The notes: generated by a model from the letters alone, not told the origin. A stretch of 64,000 bases of DNA from Candidatus Latescibacterota bacterium (GCA_965237525.1 CBDEFO010000008.1:64001-128000); one strand, 5' to 3'. Shown: positions 10,284 through 20,147, counted from the stretch's first letter. Made by a program: numbers and translations.

Positions 10284-11189
10284 GTGGCTACAATGAAAGT
10301 CTTCGTAACAGGAGGGACGGGCTTTGTGGGACGTAATATCGTTCATAAGCTTCTGGATGAAGGACATCAGGTTCGCTGTCTGGTGCGGCCTTCATCCCGG
10401 CGGGACCTCTCTGATATAGACGGTGTGGAGTATAAAGAGGGGGATATTACAGAGCGGGATTCCCTGAATGGCGCTGTGGATGGCTGCGATGGGGTTATCC
10501 ATATTGTGGGGATAATCAAGGAGATCAAAGGGGCCAGGTTCGAGAAGGTTCACGCTTCAGGGACAAAGAACGTGGTGGAAGAGGCAAAGCTCACAGGTGT
10601 GAGCAAATTCGTGCACATGAGCGCTATGGGCGCGCGCCCTGATGCTGTGAGCCGGTACCATAAGACCAAATGGGAGGGCGAGGAGGCTGTGAAAGAAAGC
10701 GGCATCCCTTATGTAATCTTGAGACCCTCCATAATCTGCGGAAGGGACGATGAGTTCGTGAACCTCTTTGCAAATATGATGAGATTTCCTGGAGTTATTA
10801 CGAGGACGCTGCCGGTTATAGGATCAGGGGAATCCAAGATGCAGCCCATATCCGTCGAGGACGTGGCTTTCTGCTTTGTTAAGGCTCTGTCAGATGAGAA
10901 TATAACCAATAAAGAATACGACCTGGGTGGACCGGAGCAGTTGACGTTCAACCAGATTATGGATACGATTATGCATGTGACAAAAAGGAGAAGGTTCAAG
11001 GCGCATATCCCTTCGATCCTAATGTATCCTGTAGCATCGATTTTAGAAAAGATCCATCCGAATCCTCCGTTCAACAGAGATCAGTTGAAGATGCTCAAAG
11101 AAGACAACGTGGGGGACATAACAGCTATGAGAGAGGATTTCGGGATCGAGCCTGCAAGGTTTGAGGATGTTATAAGAACCTACTTATAA
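10284..11189 (+). CDS. NAD-dependent epimerase/dehydratase, NDUFA9-like
   Basis: VTGGTGFVG, HMSAMGA, YHKTKWEGE, LRPS. Confidence 0.9.
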   Translation: MATMKVFVTGGTGFVGRNIVHKLLDEGHQVRCLVRPSSRRDLSDIDGVEYKEGDITERDSLNGAVDGCDGVIHIVGIIKEIKGARFEKVHASGTKNVVEEAKLTGVSKFVHMSAMGARPDAVSRYHKTKWEGEEAVKESGIPYVILRPSIICGRDDEFVNLFANMMRFPGVITRTLPVIGSGESKMQPISVEDVAFCFVKALSDENITNKEYDLGGPEQLTFNQIMDTIMHVTKRRRFKAHIPSILMYPVASILEKIHPNPPFNRDQLKMLKEDNVGDITAMREDFGIEPARFEDVIRTYL

Positions 11190-11413
11190 AGTATTTATAA
11201 TACTATAAGTCTTATATGAAAATCAATTGCGTCAAAGACAACGGTGTATTACCAGTAGGAATGACTTTGATCGCGCGCTTTATCAGGATATATTTATATT
11301 TGGTGAGCAATAATCAGTAGACAGGAAGAAGAAGATCATCAGACAGATGGACGGAGAGCTCAGAACAAGGTGCTATCAAATTAATACAGATACCCAAACT
11401 TGGATCTCTAAAG

Positions 11414-11476
11414 GTTGTCAAAACAACAACAGAAAGTTATCAAAACAACAGCAAAAAGTTGTCAAAACAACAACAA
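11414..11476. repeat. Three tandem 22-bp repeats GTTRTCAAAACAACARCARAAA
   Basis: Units start at 11414, 11436 and 11458. Confidence 0.9.
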
Positions 11477-11519
11477 TTCTTCCTCTAATTCATTGTCCCA
11501 CAAGGCGATGCAGAGCCCG

Positions 11520-11555
11520 AAGGAAGTACCTAAGGAAGTATCTAAGAAAATATAT
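11520..11555. repeat. Three tandem 12-bp repeats
   Basis: AAGGAAGTACCT AAGGAAGTATCT AAGAAAATATAT. Confidence 0.8.
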
Positions 11556-11885
11556 GATGAAGGTGGCACTATGGTCACCAAGTCCCAGACGAGCCAGCGT
11601 TGCCATCATGAAGATCGAAGGCATCAGCATCATCTTTCATAGAAATTCTGTCGGAGAATAAGGCCGACTTCCCCAAATACGCAGGAATACCTGATGTAGT
11701 TCAACGATGCATCGAAGACGACCTGGGTGTAGATGAAGGCAAAATTGCCCAAAATCTTATAAATTGGGAGAATTGTCGTTCACTCAAATATGAGCTTTTT
11801 CAAGACATAGCGTACAGATTTTCAATTGACTGTCAAGCCTTCGGTAATTCTCTTTCTTCCACGAGCAAAAACAATAGAGATTTTT

Positions 11886-12855
11886 ATGAACGACGGAGTT
11901 ACACACAGACTCGCTCCGAAGGTCTATTATTACACCTTCGGACCCAATGAGCCAGCTCTTGTGGTCAAGAGCGGGGATAGGGTCACCGTCAAGACCCGCG
12001 ACGCGTATGGATTCGACGAAAATATGAACCCTATCACACAGGAGGAAAAACAAAAGAGCGAAAACACAGAGCTCCGAGAATCGAATCCGGTAGTGGGTCC
12101 TATCTACGTCGAAGACGCCCAAGTTGGCGATGCACTATCTGTGTTCATCGAAAAGATCGCTTTGAACAGACCCTACGCATGGTCCATGCACTTGCCCAAC
12201 TTCGGTTCTTTCACAGGAGAGGGCCCCGGCAGATCTTTGCTTTTGAACGATCCTATTCCAGAGGCGAAGTATGACTGGAATCTGGATTTAGACGGAATGG
12301 TAGGGACTCTGGGACTCTCCAAGAGCAAGATAGGAAACGTAGAGATCTCTCTGCATCCATTTATAGGCTCAATAGGCGTGGCACCGCGCTATGGGCGCGT
12401 GGAGATGACGCTGACGCCGGGAGAATACGGGGGCAATATGGACTGTGTCGAGACGAAGGAGGGGACAACTCTCTATCTGCCCGTCGGGTACAGGGGAGCG
12501 TATTTAGAGTTTGGAGACATCCACGCCGCTCAGGGCGACGGAGAAATATGCGGCGTGGGTCTGGAAAACCACAGCGGAAGTGACCGTTCGGATAGAAGTG
12601 ATAAAAGGATGGAACATCGAAATGCCCAGGCTCGAAGATGAGACACACATTATGAGCGCAGCAAGCTCGCGGCCCTTTATGGAGGCCCTCCAAGCAGCTT
12701 ACATAGATATAGTCAAGTGGCTTGTGAAGGACTACGGGCACGAAAAATGGGAGGCCTTTCAGGTCTTATCTCAAGTGGGCACGATGCGAGTGGGAAATGT
12801 AGTCGATCCCAACTACACAGCAGTGGCTAAGTTTCCCAAGAGATATCTGTCGTAG
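11886..12855 (+). pseudogene. Acetamidase/formamidase family gene, frameshifted near 12565
   Basis: NPVVGPIYVEDA, GGNMD, GDIHAAQGDGEICG. One extra A in CTGGAAAACC; removing it gives LETTAEVTV and joins the two ORFs. Could be a sequencing error. Confidence 0.85.
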
Positions 12856-12865
12856 GGAACCTTAT

Positions 12866-12940
12866 GTAGGGGCAATCCCCGATTGACTCTATCGGGGGTC
12901 GGGGACTACTCGCCTCAAGGGCAGGGAACCGTGCCCCTAC
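12866..12940. repeat. GTAG-type REP-like palindrome hosting a 19-bp element
   Basis: GTAGGGGCA...TGCCCCTAC inverted arms downstream of the acetamidase stop. Confidence 0.7.
12878..12896. repeat. 19-bp palindromic element, copy 1 (with extra GGTCGGG tail to 12903)
   Basis: TC|CCCGATTGACTCTATCGGG GGTCGGG|GA. Confidence 0.9.
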
Positions 12941-12992
12941 GATAGCTTATTGAGGAAATTGGAATGATTGAAGAATAAACCCTCCCGATAGC

Positions 12993-13467
12993 ATGCGATT
13001 TAGCAGAACAATAAAGCTTAATAAGAATCTGTCCCAAGCGTCAGATCTTGTGCGCAGATATTTTACAGAAGAAGGATACAGCCTCAAACAAGAGTCGGAA
13101 GGAAGCTATATCTTCGAGCGCGGGAAAAGATGGGTGTCACTATACACCTTCAGAATAGAGAAGTGTCACACTCTCCTGAACGCTGAGCTTGAAGAGATAG
13201 ACACCAATTCTACAAAATGCACTCTTTCGTATAAGGTACAGTCCCCGATTGAATCTATCGGGGATCGGACAGATTATCTTGAAGCTCGACAGGGAATTCT
13301 GGGAATATGAATTGAATAACTTGATCTCTTTTGTGGAAGGCGGCAAAAGAGCTGAGGAGAAACATGAGTTCAATCAATACAGAAGGCGGAGGGTCGTCGG
13401 ATGGATATTGAAGTACGGCACCATTCCCGGTGTAGTGATAGGCATAATCAGTGTCAAAGGCTGCTGA
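12993..13467 (+). pseudogene. Hypothetical membrane-anchored protein gene frameshifted by a 19-bp insertion
   Basis: ORFs 12993..13310 and 13249..13467 join in frame (SYKVQSIGQIILKLDREFWEYEL) when 13244..13262 is removed. Confidence 0.8.
13244..13262. repeat. 19-bp palindromic element, copy 2
   Basis: TC|CCCGATTGAATCTATCGGG|GA. Confidence 0.95.
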
Positions 13468-13518
13468 AGGCAAAAAGGAGATAATGTATAGCAGAATATC
13501 AGGTGCAAACAAAAACAC

Positions 13519-13547
13519 TTGCGTTGTACCATCAACCTTATTATATT
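13519..13547 (+). promoter_or_regulatory. Putative sigma70 promoter of tRNA-Glu
   Basis: TTGCGT-17 bp-TATATT upstream of the tRNA. Confidence 0.55.
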
Positions 13548-13556
13548 TTTCTGGTC

Positions 13557-13594
13557 CCCGATTGACCCCCCGATTGAATCTACTGGGGGTCGGG
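13557..13594. repeat. 19-bp palindromic element, nested copies 3 and 4
   Basis: TC|CCCGATTGACCC[CCCGATTGAATCTACTGGG]GGTCGGG|GA; inner copy 13569..13587. Confidence 0.9.
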
Positions 13595-13605
13595 GAGACG
13601 ATAAC

Positions 13606-13681
13606 GGCGCATTCGTCCAGTGGCCCAGGACGCTGGCCTCTCACGCCAGAAACAGGGGTTCGACTCCCCTATGCGCCACCA
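13606..13681 (+). tRNA. tRNA-Glu (anticodon CTC)
   Basis: 76 nt. Acceptor stem GGCGCAT/ATGCGCC, anticodon arm CTGGC-CTCTCAC-GCCAG, T arm AGGGG-TTCGACT-CCCCT, encoded CCA. Confidence 0.97.
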
Positions 13682-13694
13682 ATTTAGAGTCTTC

Positions 13695-13742
13695 AAAAGG
13701 TCGTAAGCGTGTCCCTCAAAGCACCTGCACTTACGACCTTTT
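13695..13742. terminator. Bidirectional terminator-like inverted repeat
   Basis: AAAAGGTCGTAAG...CTTACGACCTTTT between the convergent tRNA and CDS. Confidence 0.7.
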
Positions 13743-13743
13743 C

Positions 13744-14820
13744 CTATATCTTCTTGATATTCTTCTTATTCAATACGATCCAGCTTTGGTCTATCTCAAC
13801 GCCCGCTACGATGTAGCCGAAAGCGGTGTGGTCAAGGGCCTGTTGTATCTGGCTTTTCAGTTCGTCCTCTGTCACGTCCCAACCCTGAATCACTGAGATG
13901 AGCCTCTGATCCCTGTCGTAGAGTCTGTATCTATCCAGGATGGCGCCGACCCAGGCGGCTTGGCATCCGTAGGCGGGGTCGTCCCTGTCGAAGACTTTAT
14001 AGAGGGAGAGTATCCCGACCGCCTTCAGAGGACTTAGAGTCTTTATAAGCGTGGGATATGTCTCCAATCCGTCGGGATGAGAACAGAGCATTCTTCCGTA
14101 TCCCAACGTAGTTTCAGGATCTTTGACGCCTCCGACTTCAAGGCCCGCTTCGCACTCTTCAGTAATGATCGGGACTACGTTAAACCTGGGGAAAAGAGAT
14201 TCTACGGCTTCTACAAACCTTAAGACAGCTATGGGGTTCTTTCCAAAGTAATCGGGCCAATCCCCTGACAACTTCTCACCTTCCGAGTTATCCCACATCC
14301 TGCACAGGGCGTTCCCGCAGCCGCAGCCTTCGGGAGCGGACTGGACATCGTTGAGAAAGATGCCGAGGGCACGCTCCGGTCCTGCTCTTAGGATGAGGGA
14401 TTTTACCCTATCCTTTTCGTAGTCGAAGACACCCTTGTTGTTGATGGAGACCCAGGGGTAGATGGACACAGAAGAGCCGCCGTAGAACCCAGTCTTATGC
14501 GGACGGTGCATCCATTTTCGGTTTTTGGCTACGGCAGACCTGTCTCTTCCAACCTCGATCCAGTAGTACAGACCGAAGCCGCTTGTGATTATGCTGTCCT
14601 TGACACTAGAAATATCGGCGTCTTTTTTGATCCTGGATATGTCAAGGACTACCGAATTGTATCCCTCGTCTCTTAATTTCTCAAGGAGACTTTGATCTAT
14701 CTTGTCAGGAGATGTGAGGTATCCCCTGAGGGTTTCTTCTCCTTCAGTATATGCATTTATAGCTGTAAACAGGACTAAAAGGGAAATAATTAAGATTATG
14801 CTCGTTGGGCGCATTTTCAT
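13744..14820 (-). CDS. Hypothetical exported protein
   Basis: 358 aa ORF with signal-peptide-like N-terminus, GGAGG RBS, Cys cluster GCGCGNALCR. Confidence 0.8.
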   Translation of the reverse strand: MKMRPTSIILIISLLVLFTAINAYTEGEETLRGYLTSPDKIDQSLLEKLRDEGYNSVVLDISRIKKDADISSVKDSIITSGFGLYYWIEVGRDRSAVAKNRKWMHRPHKTGFYGGSSVSIYPWVSINNKGVFDYEKDRVKSLILRAGPERALGIFLNDVQSAPEGCGCGNALCRMWDNSEGEKLSGDWPDYFGKNPIAVLRFVEAVESLFPRFNVVPIITEECEAGLEVGGVKDPETTLGYGRMLCSHPDGLETYPTLIKTLSPLKAVGILSLYKVFDRDDPAYGCQAAWVGAILDRYRLYDRDQRLISVIQGWDVTEDELKSQIQQALDHTAFGYIVAGVEIDQSWIVLNKKNIKKI

Positions 14821-14936
14821 CCTCCGTTATAGAGTTATCTAATACTGAACAGACTATCTTTCCTCTCTTGTTTAATATAAATATGAAGTGACTATTAACG
14901 ACTGGCTACGAGGCTTCCGACTATGAATCTCGACTC

Positions 14937-16076
14937 CTATTCAAAACCGTATACTTTCACATGATTACCATTGCGATAGAATAACTCAGGCACCGCATCA
15001 CCTATTAGATTGCCGAGCAGAAGATAATTCTTCATAGTTGGATTACGTGCAAAATCCTCAGGCATCGAGATATAACGATCAAAGACGAATGTCCCATTTT
15101 CCCACTCAAAGCACCAGACTCCACTTCCAAGGGGTTCATCATCCTTGTAATATCTATAACCACTTGCTACCAATTCAATTCGTCCATCTCGGTCAACATC
15201 TCCCGCACCGTGTAAACGACCAGCCCCGGCATGTAAGAATCGCTCAAAGTGCCAGGACGTATCTCGGACAAGGTAATAGAAACTGGCAGAGTCACCATAG
15301 GGGCCAGAAATAACGATCTCATCGGCTTTATCGTTATTGAAGTCCGCTGTCACGACTGTAGGATGAAAAGAGAGGAATGCAAAGTCAACCTCCGCAATCT
15401 TGATAAACTGCTCCTCGTGACGAAACAAGACAAATTTATAGCGTTCGCCAATGGTACCGGGTGTGATCTTAACAGATGAAATGAAGCCGATCAGAAACAA
15501 CGTCCCGGAAGGATCCTGTAAAATATTTACAGTTCGGATGGGAAGTCCTGTGTTTCCCGGAGAAAAGTAGGTGTATCTTGTTCCGCTGCCAAAGTTGCAG
15601 GACGTCAGATCTCGCCCTTGCCCAGTCCAAATACCCAATTTATGACACGCAAAGTCATAGACATCTCTCAGTTCGCATTTCTCATACGTGGTGACTTGAC
15701 GGAACGTGTCACCGTCCCAGGTATAGCCAGCCGGATGTCCATCGAATCCCATCAAGTGAGTTTGTTGCCCGCCATCTACGTAGACAATATCATCCTTTTG
15801 ATCGTGGTTTATATTTCCCAGTTTAACGAGCCTATTGTTCGCATATTTTGATGGAAGAGGACGCTCAGAAATAAGATTGAAATCAAGTTCGCCCTCCCAG
15901 AGAAGCTTTACAGGCACGGGTTCATTTGCACCGCTCCCGGGTGTCACGTTCAGAAACAAACTTAAGACTGACAGAACTTTAATCAGTTGATAGCGGATTT
16001 TTCTCAAAATGTAGACTCCCTTTTTTCTTCTCAATATTCTCGTCCCCACCGATTTGTTCGACCCATCTGCCTCCAT
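14937..16076 (-). CDS. FG-GAP/VCBS repeat-containing exported protein (start uncertain)
   Basis: ADFNNDKADEIV, GDVDRDGRIELV and GNINHDQKDDIV repeats. Confidence 0.75.
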   Translation of the reverse strand: MEADGSNKSVGTRILRRKKGVYILRKIRYQLIKVLSVLSLFLNVTPGSGANEPVPVKLLWEGELDFNLISERPLPSKYANNRLVKLGNINHDQKDDIVYVDGGQQTHLMGFDGHPAGYTWDGDTFRQVTTYEKCELRDVYDFACHKLGIWTGQGRDLTSCNFGSGTRYTYFSPGNTGLPIRTVNILQDPSGTLFLIGFISSVKITPGTIGERYKFVLFRHEEQFIKIAEVDFAFLSFHPTVVTADFNNDKADEIVISGPYGDSASFYYLVRDTSWHFERFLHAGAGRLHGAGDVDRDGRIELVASGYRYYKDDEPLGSGVWCFEWENGTFVFDRYISMPEDFARNPTMKNYLLLGNLIGDAVPELFYRNGNHVKVYGFE

Positions 16077-16480
16077 CCGATATAGGACTGGATAGCGTAA
16101 CTCTCAAAGTTAGGTAACTTTATCTGCAAGCATCCAGTACTCGGACTTATCATGAGTCTGTACTTCGTTTTTTGATAGCTGAGCAGATTTTATCCTTTCT
16201 ATTTCCTTCTTTAGGGACAATGTCTTCCTTCCCGTTGACCCGACAGCGTTTCAGGAAAGCTTCCATAACGTCACATCAAAAACGTTTACAGGCATCTCGT
16301 GGCCGATCCAGTGCTGCGGCCTATAGATCACAGTGTAGCCGTTGCGGTGGCCGAAGTACGGTTGCGGGCGTCGTCGGGTAGCGTTGACTCGTAATGCTTG
16401 CTTGGCTCTTATCCTGGACTTTCCACTTAATCTTTAAACTCACCAACCTGTTATCGACGAAAAGCAAGCTGATACATCAT

Positions 16481-17596
16481 TTAGCCAATCTGAGTCAATA
16501 CCTCTTTACATCGTTCGGCCACAATCCGTTCCTGCCCAGGCCGGAGTGTGTGAGGGTTTATCACAATGCTGTCCTGAGTAAAGTGTTGACCAACGACAAT
16601 ACTCGGTTCGCCCTCTTGTAACGCCTCTGCTATCATCTCTAGGGTGAGGCCAGCGTCTGCCTCCGGGCGGATGTAGAGCATCGGCACCCTATACGTCTCC
16701 CCTTTGGTGAAACGGCCTACCTCTACATGCGGGACACCCTTCAACGCTTCTTCGATATAGTCCCTTTGAGCCGCCCAGCGAACGCTATCGGCCTCGTGAT
16801 CTCGCGCCAGATACAGTTCCAGGGCCTTCAGAAATCCGATGATCTCCTCCCTGCTCACCTTCATAGGGCGACCGACTGTGGCGAATGGGTTGCCGTTGGC
16901 AGCGCACGCTGCAATGAGGTCTTTGCGACCGATGATCATCCCGGTGGATTGCGGTCCCATGATGCTCTTACCACCACTGAAGATAACAAGATCGACACCT
17001 GCCCGCCAGAAACGCGTCAGGGTGGAGACCGGAGGACACTCCGAGGCTGTATCCACAATTACCGGCACGGATGCAGCCCCGGCCATGGCCACGACCTGAT
17101 CCAACGGCACTGAGGTTGGATGGTCCATGACGTTGGCCATGTAGAAGATGGCCGCTGTGTTCTCATTGATGGCATGGTACATCGCCTCAGTTGGTGGTGT
17201 CCCTTGATCATCAATCTCAATCAGAGTCGCCCCAGCCAGACGAATCGCCTGATCATAAGCAATTCGGTGCGCCTTCTGGATGATGACTTCATGCTTCATA
17301 CCGGTCGTATCAGGCAATTGTTCAATCTTAACCGGGTCGTTCCCGGCCATACAGGCAGCGGTGGTCAACACCAAACCACAGGCCGCGCCCGCCGTCACAT
17401 ACGCGGCCTCTACCTCAAGCATGGCGGAGATCTTTTGGCCGACCCTCTCGTGCAACTCGTCCAAAAAACAGAACTCTTGGGATGCTTGGCGCATACTCTC
17501 CAATACTTCGGGAGCCATAAGGGAACCGCCGTACCGGGTGACAGTCCCAGCTGCATTGATTAGCGTGCGCACGCCTAATTCCTCATAAATGCTCAT
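16481..17596 (-). CDS. SelA-like PLP-dependent enzyme (DgaE-like)
   Basis: INAAGTVTRYGGS, FSGGK PLP lysine motif, GRPMKVSREEI. Confidence 0.85.
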   Translation of the reverse strand: MSIYEELGVRTLINAAGTVTRYGGSLMAPEVLESMRQASQEFCFLDELHERVGQKISAMLEVEAAYVTAGAACGLVLTTAACMAGNDPVKIEQLPDTTGMKHEVIIQKAHRIAYDQAIRLAGATLIEIDDQGTPPTEAMYHAINENTAAIFYMANVMDHPTSVPLDQVVAMAGAASVPVIVDTASECPPVSTLTRFWRAGVDLVIFSGGKSIMGPQSTGMIIGRKDLIAACAANGNPFATVGRPMKVSREEIIGFLKALELYLARDHEADSVRWAAQRDYIEEALKGVPHVEVGRFTKGETYRVPMLYIRPEADAGLTLEMIAEALQEGEPSIVVGQHFTQDSIVINPHTLRPGQERIVAERCKEVLTQIG

Positions 17597-17818
17597 AGCT
17601 GGGTCTTCCTCCTCCCTGGGCGTGATTCTTGAGAATGCCAGGGGATGCGAGAATCACAGTGAGGTATTAGTACAGCCTACTATATGGAGTTTGACAAGCA
17701 TAACGACCAAGCTGGCTGGCGGCGATGGAGTGCCAGCCGAATCCCCGTCCACTCCAGCGCCTTGTCAGGATGGATTAGTAACAATCCTTTGTACTGCCCC
17801 CCAGGAAAGCGACACCAA

Positions 17819-18702
17819 TTAAGCGACCTGGGGTAGTAGATAAAATTGTTTTCTCCACTCTTCCGGGGTCTTATATCCCAGGGATGAATGAAGCCTGTTC
17901 TTGTTGTAATTATCGATCCACTGAGATATGATCTTCTCAGCCTGTTCAAAGGATTCAAACTTGTGAAGCCAAACACACTCTTGCTTGAGGGTCCTGAAAA
18001 AACGCTCTACAACACCGTTCCAATCGGGATTACCACTTGGTATGTATTCCTGACGAATTCCCCAATATTCGGTACTTGCCAAATAGGTCCGAGACAAAAA
18101 GATGGAGCCGTTGTCAGAGCGAAAAGTGAGACCCTGGGGGACAGCCTCCTTGGAAGTGTATCGAGAGATCACGGCCCGATCCAGGGCATCTGTGGCCTCC
18201 AGTGCCCTCCCTTTTCGACTAAAACGATACCCGGGAACCTCCCGACTCCCGTTGTCCACCACCGCAATAAGAGGACACCAACCGTCTTCCCCACAATAGA
18301 CCTTGGTCAAGTCAGCCGACCAGAGACTGTCAGGACGATCCATCACAGAACGCTTCTGGGCAACCTGTGGCCCCTTTCTCCCGGGGTCCCCGATTGATTC
18401 TATCGGGGATTCCACAGCTTACACTGCCACCCCTTAAGCTTCATTATCCTATGAACCTTCTTGATGCTGACACATTCCCCTTCCTTGAAACGAAGATGCG
18501 CCCAAACCCGCCTGTGACCAAATGCCTCTTCTTGGTCGAGTATCCCTCGAACACGAAAAGCAAGCTGTTCATCTATCACAGACTCTTCGACAGAAGAACT
18601 GACACCTCTATACCTAAGCCTATACAGAGTCGAACGATGCAAACCCAAAGCCAAAGCTACCACCTTACGGGAATAGCCTCGACCCAAAAACCGCCCACTC
18701 AA
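17819..18702 (-). pseudogene. IS3 orfB transposase interrupted by a 19-bp element
   Basis: FGHRRVWAHLR, WSADLT, SDNGS, NGVVERFFRTLKQE. The element at 18389..18407 supplies a stop. Confidence 0.85.
18389..18407. repeat. 19-bp palindromic element, copy 5
   Basis: TC|CCCGATTGATTCTATCGGG|GA. Confidence 0.95.
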
Positions 18703-19009
18703 GGCAACCGCTTCGTTTTTTTAGACGGGCTACCTCCTCGAGTATCTCCAACTGGAGGGTTAACTGCCCTACCTTACGCTCCAACCGGCTGACCTCCCAC
18801 TCCTTCGGATCCTTGCGACCACGCCGAGACTTCAGACTCTCCTGCCCTCCTTCCAGGAAACTATCACGCCAGGCATACGCCTGTGACTGGCTAATTCCAT
18901 TCTTCCGACACACCTCTGATACATTCGCTCCTTTCAAAACAGCCAACACCACCTCTACCTTACGGGTCGCCGTCCAGCGCTTACCATCTTTCACTTCGGG
19001 GCTTGACAA
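18665..19009 (-). CDS. IS3 orfA, HTH protein
   Basis: KVEVVLAVLKG-NVSEVCRKNGISQSQAYAWR followed by a coiled coil. TTG start after GGAGG. Confidence 0.85.
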   Translation of the reverse strand: MSSPEVKDGKRWTATRKVEVVLAVLKGANVSEVCRKNGISQSQAYAWRDSFLEGGQESLKSRRGRKDPKEWEVSRLERKVGQLTLQLEILEEVARLKKRSGCLEWAVFGSRLFP

Positions 19010-19292
19010 TTTGACCTCCCTTCTCAAACCCCAATTTGCGAAATATTTGTCGCTCTGTCAAGGGGAGCGGTATGTTACGATCGGAGCCCCACCAATTTCA
19101 ACTAAAAATAGGACTTGACCTATGAGATCATGCGTGAGAGTTATCAGGATAACAGGCAAAGGTGGGATGAGGTCCTCAACATGGAAGAGGTGATCCTACA
19201 CATCTACAAAAAATTCTGACATACTTGCATCGATTTCAGAATTGTGCTACATCATGATACCTAAATCGGCAAACGTGGAACCTCTACATATA

Positions 19293-20147
19293 TTACTCAG
19301 AATTCACAGGGCTCTGTGCCTCGTTTTTTGATTTCTGGGCAGATCTTATCTGTTCTATCGCCTTCTGTGCTGCAATCCTATTAACATATCTATCTTCACC
19401 ATATACAGATCTGACCCATGAATCCTGCTTTACGATTTGCTCCAAAATGGGGATAGTCGAGGCATCACCAAAGTGTACTAATCCGCCGATAGCTATGTTC
19501 CTTATAATACCATTCTTGTCTCCTAAAAGGTCTACAAAACAGCTCCGGATATTGTCCTTTTCCTCTTTCGTAAAAAAAGAAGGATCTAGCTTATCCATGC
19601 GGCGAAGCGTTCCTTTAGCTCCTATTTTCATGAGATCTTGGGTACTGCCTAGCGAATCAATAATATCTGGCACTACGGAGTGCCTAATAGCCAACATACC
19701 TTCGGCAGGTGATCCTTGAGACAATACCTTAAGTAAAACGGATTTGGAGCCCTCGTCACCTATTTTGTTCAATAACCATATGATATTATCTAAGACTTCG
19801 TCGTACACTTCATATGAAGTCTCTTCTGAAGGTATTTTTAGTATTTCGTTGGCTCTGTATATTAACGCAGGCGCAGCAACCCTCACCGCCTCTTTTCCCT
19901 CTTTTCGAAAAAGAACATGCAATTTAGCAACCACACATTCTGCAGAGAAAATATCGCCGTGTTTGATTACTTGGGCATCATCATCTGAGAAGGACCAGCC
20001 TTTCAGATCAGGTAAGGTTGATTTCTTCTGAGCATTCAGGTTAGTAGGAAACCAAAGAATAGCGTAAAGACCTACAATTATGCCTATGAAGAATAAAAGC
20101 AGTAGCGTTTCAAAGTCAGTATTCCCGTTTGCTTTGCTTTGAGTCAA
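19293..20147 (-). CDS. HEAT-repeat-like membrane-anchored protein
   Basis: N-terminal TM helix; LLGDKNGIIRNIAIGGLVHFGDASTIPILE. Confidence 0.65.
   Translation of the reverse strand: MTQSKANGNTDFETLLLLFFIGIIVGLYAILWFPTNLNAQKKSTLPDLKGWSFSDDDAQVIKHGDIFSAECVVAKLHVLFRKEGKEAVRVAAPALIYRANEILKIPSEETSYEVYDEVLDNIIWLLNKIGDEGSKSVLLKVLSQGSPAEGMLAIRHSVVPDIIDSLGSTQDLMKIGAKGTLRRMDKLDPSFFTKEEKDNIRSCFVDLLGDKNGIIRNIAIGGLVHFGDASTIPILEQIVKQDSWVRSVYGEDRYVNRIAAQKAIEQIRSAQKSKNEAQSPVNSE

Larger units (their letters stand above)
17790..19074 (-). mobile_element. IS3-family insertion sequence
   Basis: orfA (HTH) plus orfB (DDE integrase). Imperfect terminal IRs TGTACTGCCCCCCAGGAAAGCGACA and TGTCGCTCTGTCAAGGGGAGCGGTAT. 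A7 run at 18716-18722 is a candidate frameshift site. Confidence 0.85.

Noticed and set aside
16481..17596. Calling this gene selA
   Set aside because: Shorter than true SelA, and no selB or tRNA-Sec nearby; it fits the SelA-like/DgaE group.
13606..19300. Integrative island at tRNA-Glu
   Set aside because: No integrase and no duplicated tRNA 3' end seen in the window.
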